A stretch of DNA of 64,000 nt from a virus. Shown piece after piece: positions 18,270-25,938 of this stretch (position 1 is its first letter; each line of letters begins with the position of its first letter). The notes under the pieces were generated by a model, which was given only the letters and a program-made list of their open reading frames with translations, did not search any database and was not told where the DNA came from. A program made the translations under genes and the position numbers. The stretch lies in IMG/VR virus record IMGVR_UViG_3300043812_000021, positions 6,099-70,098 of that record; one strand, written 5' to 3'.

Positions 18270-18308
18270 TACAAAAGTAGTTGAAAATTCAACTAAAAGT
18301 GTTATACT
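18270..18308 (+). promoter_or_regulatory. SigmaA-type promoter with palindromic operator
   Basis: TTGAAA-16-TATACT with extended -10 TG; perfect inverted repeat TAGTTGAA-aa-TTCAACTA at 18278-18295. Confidence 0.7.
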
Positions 18309-18340
18309 TAAAACATGAATTAAGGAAAGGAAGCATAACA

Positions 18341-18853
18341 ATGAAGAAAGGTAGTACATCTGATTTAGTAGAAGATATTAATAAGAAGTATGATCCAGAA
18401 ACGATTAAGAAAACGTTGATTAAGTTTCAGCAATTGCAAGAATTGGGTTGGGAGATTATCATTGATCCTGTAGAGAATGAAGCTTATAGTATTAAAACTG
18501 ATGACGAAACAAAAATTGTTTATCGTCCTTATGTATACCCACCTGAACGACATGGTGAGGATTATGTTTTAGATCTTGATACTCCTTTTGATTCCTACTA
18601 TAGCTATTTGCAATGCTTGGTTGATACTGTTAAGGCTGTTTCTAAGTTAGATAATCATTATAATTGTCCTTATTGCTCTATGATTAATGGAGAAGGTAAA
18701 AAGATAGAAATTGATAAAGATTCTTATATGAGATATAAGACTGATGGTGATATTATAAGGTTGATCGTTTATCGTGGTGATACTATTGAACCCGAAGAGG
18801 TACAGGATATTGACTCTAGTTATTGTATGATTTGTGGGAGGAAATTATCATGA
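18341..18853 (+). CDS. Hypothetical protein with two CxxC motifs (zinc-binding)
   Basis: Likely start ATG 18341 after AAGGAAAGG; CPYC and CMIC motifs. Confidence 0.65.
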   Translation: MKKGSTSDLVEDINKKYDPETIKKTLIKFQQLQELGWEIIIDPVENEAYSIKTDDETKIVYRPYVYPPERHGEDYVLDLDTPFDSYYSYLQCLVDTVKAVSKLDNHYNCPYCSMINGEGKKIEIDKDSYMRYKTDGDIIRLIVYRGDTIEPEEVQDIDSSYCMICGRKLS

Positions 18854-18945
18854 GTAATCAAAAACCAAAAGGTGTTGGGGACGTAAAGATTACCCAAAAA
18901 GACATAAGCGAGCTAAGGATAACAGACTATTACTATATGAGGTGA
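18850..18945 (+). CDS. Small 31-aa hypothetical ORF (not in the supplied track)
   Basis: ATGA overlap with upstream stop; MSNQKPKGVGDVKITQKDISELRITDYYYMR; fills the gap to 18953. Confidence 0.45.
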   Translation: MSNQKPKGVGDVKITQKDISELRITDYYYMR

Positions 18946-18952
18946 AGGGCTA

Positions 18953-19204
18953 ATGCTACACAAGTACAGAAAGACAGCCTTAATTGAAGCTGAACAGTTC
19001 GATGGGTCAATTAAGCGGATAGCTAGGTACAAGATACATATTGTTGGACCAACATCACGAGGTGACACTTCTTATTTCTTGCTTCCAACAAAAGAAGGGA
19101 ATATGAAGCTTAATGCTGGTGATTATATTGCTACCGGTGTTAAGGGTGAGCATTGGGCTATTGATAAGGATATATTTGAGAAAACTTATGAAAGGGTAGA
19201 ATAA
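18953..19204 (+). CDS. Conserved small phage protein
   Basis: 83 aa; IEAEQFDGS...GDYIATGVKGEHWAI...FEKTY pattern common in Firmicutes phages. Confidence 0.7.
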   Translation: MLHKYRKTALIEAEQFDGSIKRIARYKIHIVGPTSRGDTSYFLLPTKEGNMKLNAGDYIATGVKGEHWAIDKDIFEKTYERVE

Positions 19205-19398
19205 TGAAGTTTTTAGAGGGTTTTGGTTTTGGCTGGTGGTCTAGTGGATTGTTATTTTGGGTACTAGTCCTTATGATTGATTCACCGATTAGTTGTAGTT
19301 ATAAAACTTTAGCAATTATACTTTTAACTCTTGAAGCTATAATCTTTTTTGCTGGTCTTGGAGTTTGGGTTTATTCTATGTGGAGGTCTAAGAAATGA
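19204..19398 (+). CDS. Small membrane protein
   Basis: 64 aa, two hydrophobic segments, coupled stop/start. Confidence 0.6.
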   Translation: MKFLEGFGFGWWSSGLLFWVLVLMIDSPISCSYKTLAIILLTLEAIIFFAGLGVWVYSMWRSKK

Positions 19399-19661
19399 CT
19401 AAAGTTAAAGTAAAGAAAACACGCAAGTTTCATTCAGCAGAGGCTTGGATTGTAAAAGATTGTCAAGGTAATTATGTAACGTCTGTAGAGTTCTTACGGG
19501 GTACGCCTAAGAATGTTAAGACTGCTTATTATAACAAGCCTGCATTTGATATTCTTAAATTCGGACAAATTTGTGTGTTTAATAATTATTTAGAAGCTTG
19601 TGCAGTTGCTAATGAATGCGGTGGTAAGGTCTATGAATTAGGATTAATTAAAGTGAGGTAG
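19395..19661 (+). CDS. Hypothetical protein
   Basis: 88 aa, ATGA overlap. Confidence 0.6.
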   Translation: MTKVKVKKTRKFHSAEAWIVKDCQGNYVTSVEFLRGTPKNVKTAYYNKPAFDILKFGQICVFNNYLEACAVANECGGKVYELGLIKVR

Positions 19662-19667
19662 GCTAAA

Positions 19668-20132
19668 ATGGGTATAGAAGATTTTATTAATCATTTAAGA
19701 AGACTTGAAATAAGTGTATGTAGGTTAGATGGTACTCGCTATATCTTACATACTAAGTATACTAAGAGTGCTTTTTTAGTTATCAACTTAGACTTAGATG
19801 AGCTTATAGAGAGTTGTCATTGGAATAATTTAAGTCATGTAGATTATGGATGCTTGTTATTAACTATGAACGAGGTAGAGGACTTTAGAAAGACACCTAT
19901 TAATTTGCGTTCAAAATTAAAAGAGTATACTATCCAAGTAATTGCTGGTAATTCTCAAGGTTATCTTAAATATTATTTACCAGATAGAGAATTTTCTATT
20001 GGTAGCAGTATTAAGTCAGACAATTATCAAATTGCTTTTACTAAAGATGAAATCGAAGGATTTAAAAAACGTAATGATATTGCTGTTGATTGGAATAAAG
20101 CAATAATTAAGAAGGTAGACGAAGATGATTAA
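19668..20132 (+). CDS. Hypothetical protein
   Basis: 154 aa in tightly packed operon. Confidence 0.6.
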   Translation: MGIEDFINHLRRLEISVCRLDGTRYILHTKYTKSAFLVINLDLDELIESCHWNNLSHVDYGCLLLTMNEVEDFRKTPINLRSKLKEYTIQVIAGNSQGYLKYYLPDREFSIGSSIKSDNYQIAFTKDEIEGFKKRNDIAVDWNKAIIKKVDEDD

Positions 20133-20616
20133 ATATAACAGGAAAGATCATATCTTAGAGGTTGATACTCCTACTAATAAGTTTGAATTAGATCAAGCCG
20201 ATTTATCTTCCTTACGACAAGCTTTATCTGATTTACCTGCTCATAATTCAAGTGAATTAATTAACTTAAATTATTTGAAAAACTTGTATAGTAATCATCA
20301 AAAGTATCTTACTTATTTAGCTTATAATATGGTCTATAACTTAATCTTAAAATACATTTATGAGGATTTTAATATATCTAAATGGTACATTCCCTATGAT
20401 TACGAGGGTGTGGCATCTTTTTCAGGTAGTGAATTGATTCCCGGGTATAAAGATACCATTTTATGGGGAGGTATTCCTAATAAGCTTATTTTGGAACAAG
20501 CTGAATTAGTTTTAAAAGACTTAGAATCTCATGGAATTAAGATTAAAAACTCTTATACCGAAGATGGTGAATTGATAGTATATGTAGACGAAAGTATTTT
20601 TAAGGATGGTAAATAA
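20125..20616 (+). CDS. Hypothetical protein
   Basis: 163 aa, overlaps upstream stop. Confidence 0.6.
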   Translation: MIKYNRKDHILEVDTPTNKFELDQADLSSLRQALSDLPAHNSSELINLNYLKNLYSNHQKYLTYLAYNMVYNLILKYIYEDFNISKWYIPYDYEGVASFSGSELIPGYKDTILWGGIPNKLILEQAELVLKDLESHGIKIKNSYTEDGELIVYVDESIFKDGK

Positions 20617-20618
20617 TT

Positions 20619-21152
20619 ATGTATGCACTTTATAATACAAAGACTGGTAATTATGTAAAATCAATTGGTACTTCTGCTTTTGATAATGCGAAGATTTATT
20701 CTGAAACGGCTATGCTGGCTGAAGTTCCTTTTCTTAGTAAAGATCTTTATACAGCAGACCAGTTAAAGAATTTTAACACCCTAGCTAATATGGCTGATAA
20801 CACTTTAGGGAATAAGGCTGTATCAATTGAAGATTCACTTAATTGGGGGTTAAATAAGGTTAGTTCTCTGCTTTATTCTACTACCCGTGATATTTATAAT
20901 AAGGATCTTATTAAGGGTGAAGACTTAGGCTCATTAACAGACACTTTTATTTCAATGATGTCTAGCTATCTTGATTTTGACGTTAATGCTTATCTAAAGG
21001 ATAAAGCTACTTATTTAGCTACTTTTAATGGACCAATTAATGATGAATTGGCTAAGAAAGCACAAGAAGCTCAGAATGCTAAGAAACAAGCACAGGCTGA
21101 GAATGATCAGAAGCAAGCTGAGATTGACGCAAAGAATAAAGTAAAGGATTAA
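20619..21152 (+). CDS. Hypothetical protein (N-terminus similar to 21169 ORF)
   Basis: 177 aa; starts MYALYNTKTGNYVK. Confidence 0.6.
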   Translation: MYALYNTKTGNYVKSIGTSAFDNAKIYSETAMLAEVPFLSKDLYTADQLKNFNTLANMADNTLGNKAVSIEDSLNWGLNKVSSLLYSTTRDIYNKDLIKGEDLGSLTDTFISMMSSYLDFDVNAYLKDKATYLATFNGPINDELAKKAQEAQNAKKQAQAENDQKQAEIDAKNKVKD

Positions 21153-21168
21153 GGTAGGGTGTTAAACT

Positions 21169-21618
21169 ATGAAATATGCTCTTTATAACAATAAGGAAAA
21201 TAAGTTTGTTAAGCTTTTAGCTACTCGAATGCTAAGTCATGAAACTATTTATGAATTAACATCTGATGTGGAAGAAGTTAAAGAATTGACTGATAAGCCA
21301 TATACAGAAGCAGAACTACATCATTTTGAAGAAGTAGCTGGAGTAGAAAAAGGGTCTTTTGAAAATTACAAATTAAGTATGCAAGATGAGGAGGCTTATA
21401 CGGTATATAATGCAGGAGACAAAGCTTTGCAATCTATCCATGATTATTTGTGTATGTTAGATCCTCGTAATGTAGATGGTATTGCCGATTTTGTAGATCG
21501 GATTCAGTTGGCTATTTATAATGTGACTGACTTTGATATGGAAGAATATTTTGAAGATAAAGATTATTATTTAGATGATTTAAGAGGGGAGAATGACTGG
21601 GACAATGAAGATGATTAG
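21169..21618 (+). CDS. Acidic hypothetical protein
   Basis: 149 aa; starts MKYALYNNKENKFVK. Confidence 0.6.
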   Translation: MKYALYNNKENKFVKLLATRMLSHETIYELTSDVEEVKELTDKPYTEAELHHFEEVAGVEKGSFENYKLSMQDEEAYTVYNAGDKALQSIHDYLCMLDPRNVDGIADFVDRIQLAIYNVTDFDMEEYFEDKDYYLDDLRGENDWDNEDD

Positions 21619-21952
21619 CCTAGTAGTTGGGTTATTATGTATTATTCTTATCCTATCTGTTGCTTATCTTATTAAGAGAGTAAATAAGCTAATTGACTAT
21701 GTTTTAGGTAAAGATGATTCACTTATCAATCTTAGTGTTCCTGATACGTCATATATTGAATTACCAGACTATCTTTTCGTGCTATCAGTTTTTAGTAAAC
21801 CTATTAATGACCGTATAATTATTGGGGTCTATAGCAGTAGTGATAAGGCAAAAGAACGACTTAACTATTATAAAAAGTCATTTAGACATCCTGAAAATTA
21901 TACAGATTATCGAATTGACTCTATCCCTAATAATTTAAAGGAGGATAAGTAG
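21593..21952 (+). CDS. Hypothetical membrane-anchored protein
   Basis: N-terminal TM; true start may be ATG 21611. Confidence 0.55.
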   Translation: MTGTMKMISLVVGLLCIILILSVAYLIKRVNKLIDYVLGKDDSLINLSVPDTSYIELPDYLFVLSVFSKPINDRIIIGVYSSSDKAKERLNYYKKSFRHPENYTDYRIDSIPNNLKEDK

Positions 21953-22488
21953 TGGAAGAATTATTTGCTAGTTTTTTCGGTGGAGCACTATTTAGTGTAG
22001 GGTTGTATGCACTAGTTGAGTTTATAATAATCGTATTTAGTAAGGAGAAAGAAAATTCTAAATCTAAGCCTGTTACTTATGATGATAAGATTCTTAAACC
22101 TGTTAATGAATCACCTAGTAACTATCCTCCAGATTATTATTCAGCTAAGGCAGTATATTATCGTGTGGCTAAGGATAAACTTAGACATAATAAGGAAGTC
22201 GTTAGTGTATTCTTTTCATATTTAGACTTTGATATTGATCATAGACTTTATAATGACTCACAAGTTATCTTAGAAACTGGTATTTATGATATTCCACCAT
22301 CTTATAATAGGAGTATATTTTTAGGTAAAAAGGATTTAAGGTTTCTAAGTTTATATTTATCTCTTTATTATGGATTTGATACTAAAGTCGAGGATAAGGA
22401 AAATAACGGTAAGTACTATTCTGTTTTATATGTATCTTGGGAAGACCCTAAAGTACCTTTGACTGTTTTTAATAAAGGAGAAGATTAA
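21952..22488 (+). CDS. Hypothetical membrane-anchored protein
   Basis: 178 aa, N-terminal TM, RBS GGAGG. Confidence 0.6.
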   Translation: MEELFASFFGGALFSVGLYALVEFIIIVFSKEKENSKSKPVTYDDKILKPVNESPSNYPPDYYSAKAVYYRVAKDKLRHNKEVVSVFFSYLDFDIDHRLYNDSQVILETGIYDIPPSYNRSIFLGKKDLRFLSLYLSLYYGFDTKVEDKENNGKYYSVLYVSWEDPKVPLTVFNKGED

Positions 22489-23015
22489 TGGTTATTAATG
22501 GTTATAATTTGGTTATTGGTATTCTTATTGGTATTTCTATTACTGTTATTATAGGCTTGATTGCTATAAATCGAGAACCTAAGGTTGAGTTGGAACCTCA
22601 AAAGGTTAAATTACCTGAGAAACAATCTTCTGATGATATAGCTTCAATAAAAAATGAGATAAGTAAGCTGTGGAACGCTTTTTCAAGTATTGATCGAAAA
22701 AGTGAAAAATTTTTTGATCAGTACAAGGAGAAGGTGAAGAGTTTACAACAGCGCATAGGTACGGATTTAGATAAAGATGATCCTCGTAGACATCTGCGGG
22801 TAAATGGTTTTAATCGTCCGGTTGTTTTCATTGTTGAGTACACCTATAACGATGACTATGGTTCCTATACTAGCTCTGATGTTTTTGCTTATAGAGAAGA
22901 TGCTGAGGGGTTTGTTAGAAAGTTGAAAGACTTACCATCTGGGGTATCTGATATATCAATTAGCCCTAGGATTGTTTATCTTGATAAGGATAAAACTTTA
23001 GATAATGTGGATTAA
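22488..23015 (+). CDS. Hypothetical membrane-anchored protein
   Basis: 175 aa, N-terminal TM then coiled coil. Confidence 0.6.
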   Translation: MVINGYNLVIGILIGISITVIIGLIAINREPKVELEPQKVKLPEKQSSDDIASIKNEISKLWNAFSSIDRKSEKFFDQYKEKVKSLQQRIGTDLDKDDPRRHLRVNGFNRPVVFIVEYTYNDDYGSYTSSDVFAYREDAEGFVRKLKDLPSGVSDISISPRIVYLDKDKTLDNVD

Positions 23016-23028
23016 TTTTTAATAGAGG

Positions 23029-23057
23029 TTGACAACTAGGGTCTTATGTTCTATACT
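23029..23057 (+). promoter_or_regulatory. Near-consensus sigmaA promoter
   Basis: TTGACA (23029-34), 17-bp spacer, TATACT (23052-57); predicted +1 near 23064. Confidence 0.8.
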
Positions 23058-23063
23058 ATGTTT

Positions 23064-23290
23064 ATGGTTAGGGACTAGCCATGGTAAAAGAGTTTAGTTC
23101 TGTAAGTTAGGTATTCAGAATACTGATGTAATATCCTAAATACTACTAGATGTTCCCAGAAACCACCTACTAAAGTGGGTGTGTAGTTCATTAATAATGT
23201 TCCTTATTTCAGTAGGGAAACTGTTTCAAACTTTTATCTGAATTCTTTGTTTGTTTTTCTTTGGCGGGGTTTTCCCTGTTTTTTTTTTAT
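23064..23290 (+). ncRNA. Orphan omegaRNA-like RNA (IS200/IS605 TnpB right-end scaffold plus putative guide)
   Basis: No ORF beyond a few codons; GGGACTAGCCATGGTAAAA...TGTTCCCAGAAAC, hairpin CACCTAC-taaa-GTGGGTG, then TGTAGTTCA (ends 23190), resembling Firmicutes IS605-type right ends as recalled; bounded by promoter and terminator. Confidence 0.62.
23264..23290 (+). terminator. Rho-independent terminator
   Basis: GCGGGG-tttt-CCCTGT followed by a long T-run. Confidence 0.7.
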
Positions 23291-23298
23291 TTTAGCTA

Positions 23299-23326
23299 TT
23301 GTATTTTAATTAAAGTATGTTATACT
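23299..23326 (+). promoter_or_regulatory. SigmaA-type promoter (extended -10)
   Basis: TTGTAT-16-TATACT with TG at 23318-19. Confidence 0.65.
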
Positions 23327-23332
23327 ATAGTC

Positions 23333-23452
23333 ATGGTTATGTTAATGCGACATTTAGTCAGACTGGCAGTGACTCTATGTTTGTTTGCATTACCTCCTTT
23401 ATTAAATTAGTCGATTAGAAGAGTACTTATCCTATGGGTAGGTACTCTTTTT
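23333..23452 (+). ncRNA. ~120-nt small RNA with exposed anti-SD, or leaderless 25-aa peptide mRNA
   Basis: Own promoter; TACCTCCTTT at 23391-23400; strong terminator AAGAGTAC...GTACTCTT plus T-run; ORF 23333-23410 MVMLMRHLVRLAVTLCLFALPPLLN. Confidence 0.5.
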
Positions 23453-23532
23453 GTTTGGGTCTATATTAATTAATGACCACTAAGATATATCTTAATATTA
23501 TTTGTTTCTAATTAGAAAGGAGTTGTCGATAA

Positions 23533-24227
23533 TTGGCAACGGTAGCAGGTCAAACGGTTAGGTATTAGCTGTTTTAAAACTTCTCTTAAACGGGTATAGC
23601 TGAATAAATAGTAGTAATAAAAGAGAATAAGCTAGTAAGAAAGACTAAGCCCTGTAATCTACTAGGGGTAGAGTTGACCAACCGTTCTAAGATAAATGAC
23701 TAACGACTAAACTTATAATGTTTTCATTATATAAAAGCCTTAGGGTGTAATGGGGAAGACTCCTATTAAGGAGTAAGATATAGTCTAATTTTATATTAAA
23801 ATATAAATATAATTTTTGTAATACCTCCAACCGAATTTACATTATGGCTAAGAACCACTTAATTGCACGTGCGCAAAGTTTGACAGCTAATAGAAGTTAT
23901 GGTACCGAAGGTGTCTACGAAATTGGTTCAATCATGCCAAGGGAACATGTATACCTCAAATATACGGGTTCTCTTACACTAGAAAGATTTCGTATGGTAC
24001 GAGACAACCTTGCTTCTCAAACAATGGATATTGCAAAGCTGGGAGAAGACATCTTGCAGGCTGACATTTTAACTATCTCTGTAATGGATAGTGCTACTAA
24101 AATGGTAGTCGAGGCATTTTATGGATGCAGTGCTTCCAGTTACAATACCAGCTATAGAGCAAACCAGATCGTATCTGAGTCTATCGAGTTTTTGTACCTT
24201 AGTTCTGGAACAGGTTCTAATTCCTAA
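23533..24227 (+). CDS. Tail tube protein, spliced: join(23533..23558,23819..24227), 144 aa
   Basis: RBS AAAGGAG plus TTG 23533; spliced product MATVAGQTVNTSNRIYIMAKNHLIARAQS...GVYEIGSIMPREHVYL resembles the phage K tail tube. Confidence 0.9.
23559..23818 (+). mobile_element. Group I self-splicing intron (260 nt, ORF-less, probably subgroup IA)
   Basis: P1 AAACGGU/GCUGUUU with U.G at the 5' splice site; P10 AGGUAUUA/UAAUACCU; P7 GACUA (23705-09)/UAGUC (23781-85) within AAGAUAUAGUC; terminal G 23818; removal restores the reading frame. Confidence 0.92.
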
Positions 24228-24414
24228 AATAGGGTATATTAGTAACTAAATAAATTAGTTTAATAGCGTATATCGTAATCTATCTATTTATGTAACGGTA
24301 TACGTTATTTTGTTTACTTTATACCCCTTTAGCGTTTTATATGATTATTGCAAGATTTAGTATTGACTGTAGGATAACGGTATACTATTATAATATTTAA
24401 AGGAGATGTTACCT

Positions 24415-25353
24415 TTGAAGAGAAAGACTAATGATTGGTGGATTGATAAAGTCCACGAATTAGTAGGTAATTCTTATATATTCTTAACTCCTTACGTTAA
24501 TACTAGAACAAAGCTACTTTACTACCATGTAGACTGTGGTCATTATAGTTATGTTAGGCCTACTAGCTTTTTAGGGTCTAAGAATACCAAGGGTGTTAGG
24601 TGTCCCTATTGTTCAAAGATAAGTAGGAACGTAAAAAATACTAAAACGGATCAAGAATGGTTAGGACAGGTTAAGTCTTTGGGTAGGAATGATTATAAAT
24701 TTTTAGAGCCTTACAAGGGTAATCATACTTCTATTAAATACTTGCATAAAGTTTGTGGTCATATAAGTAGGATTACACCTGCTAATTTTCTAGCAGGTCA
24801 TGGGTGTCCTTACTGTGCTGGCAAGTATCAAGATACTAATTCTTATAAAGATAAGGTTAGGTCCTTGTTTGGTAACGAATATACTTTGACTTCAAGTTAT
24901 CAAGGGGCTAGTAAAAAGGTAAGAGTTAAGCATAATACTTGTGGCTATGTTTGGTCTGTAAATGCTACTAACTTTATTCAAGGTAAGAGTCATTGTCCTA
25001 GGTGTCAAGAATCCTTAGGTGAGAGAAGTATAAGTAAAATTTTAAACTCTTATTCTATTAATTATATTCAACAATACATTTTTGAAGATTGCAGGTATAA
25101 AAGACCTTTACCATTTGATTTTTACTTACCCGACTATAATCTTTGTATAGAGTATGATGGTAGCCAACATTATGTTAAGAATGAGTTTTTTAGTAAACAT
25201 GATCCTTTTGAGGAAAGAAAATTAAAAGATCATATTAAGAATATGTATTGTAAGGAACATGGTATTAATATGCTACGTATTCCCTATAATCATTTTCAAT
25301 CTTTAGAAGACATTGTTCTAAAAAGACTAAGAGGAATTAAGAAAGAGGTATAA
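24415..25353 (+). CDS. Free-standing homing-endonuclease-like protein (zinc-ribbon repeats plus Vsr/DUF559-like nuclease)
   Basis: Likely TTG start 24415; repeated HxxCGH...P..F..G..CPxC units; C-terminal FDFYLP...IEYDGSQH. Confidence 0.75.
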   Translation: MKRKTNDWWIDKVHELVGNSYIFLTPYVNTRTKLLYYHVDCGHYSYVRPTSFLGSKNTKGVRCPYCSKISRNVKNTKTDQEWLGQVKSLGRNDYKFLEPYKGNHTSIKYLHKVCGHISRITPANFLAGHGCPYCAGKYQDTNSYKDKVRSLFGNEYTLTSSYQGASKKVRVKHNTCGYVWSVNATNFIQGKSHCPRCQESLGERSISKILNSYSINYIQQYIFEDCRYKRPLPFDFYLPDYNLCIEYDGSQHYVKNEFFSKHDPFEERKLKDHIKNMYCKEHGINMLRIPYNHFQSLEDIVLKRLRGIKKEV

Positions 25354-25355
25354 TA

Positions 25356-25844
25356 ATGGGATTAGTTTTATCTTTAGCTAAAGGGACAATAGACCTTAGG
25401 ACACAACCAGAAATTTATTTAGGTCTGGATAATGACCAAGAGAAGATCTTTAGTCTTACAGAAGAAGATATTTGGAATATAAGAAAACTAGACTCCGTAG
25501 ATATAGTAGTTTTAGCTTATCATTATCCACCATTTCTTGATGATCTGTTCGATTTTATTCAAAGTAATAATGCTCCTATGGGAAAAGATGTTACTGATAT
25601 TATTAATAACTATCTAGGGCTTACGTCTTATTTAATGGACTTTCTGTATAGTAAACAGGACGAATTAGAAACTATCCTAGATTATAGTGAGGAAAATAGT
25701 GAAACGTATTCAGATGCTATACGAGAATTTAATAATAACAATGGGGCTATTGAAGAGCTAGAAGACTTGAGAAAAGATTGTATAGAATACAATAAACACC
25801 ATAAAGCTAAGAAAATGCTACCAATGTTTTACTTTACGGACTAA
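25356..25844 (+). CDS. Acidic hypothetical protein
   Basis: 162 aa, RBS GAGG. Confidence 0.6.
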   Translation: MGLVLSLAKGTIDLRTQPEIYLGLDNDQEKIFSLTEEDIWNIRKLDSVDIVVLAYHYPPFLDDLFDFIQSNNAPMGKDVTDIINNYLGLTSYLMDFLYSKQDELETILDYSEENSETYSDAIREFNNNNGAIEELEDLRKDCIEYNKHHKAKKMLPMFYFTD

Positions 25845-25884
25845 CAATTAAATAAAAGAAGTTTCTTCTTTTTATAATTAAGTA

Positions 25885-25913
25885 TTGACAACCTGTCTAT
25901 TCTATTGTATTAT
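25885..25913 (+). promoter_or_regulatory. SigmaA-type promoter
   Basis: TTGACA-17-TATTAT after a short hairpin/T-run. Confidence 0.6.
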
Positions 25914-25938
25914 AATAGTTGTAAAGGAGTTGTTAAGT

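Noticed and set aside
23360-23400. Minus-strand micro-ORF MQTNIESLPV after AAAGGAGG
   Set aside because: The SD-to-ATG spacing is only 1-2 nt and there is no minus-strand promoter.
23106-23566. 10-nt identity GTTAGGTATT between the omegaRNA-like RNA and the intron 5' splice site
   Set aside because: A match of this length is expected by chance among local AT-rich sequence pairs.
23064-23818. IStron (group I intron fused to an IS605 end)
   Set aside because: The IS-end-like RNA lies ~370 nt upstream of the intron in a separate transcription unit, and the intron ends in an ordinary P9 and terminal G.
23844-24227. 127-aa tail tube starting at ATG 23844
   Set aside because: No RBS, and it lacks the conserved N-terminus supplied by exon 1.
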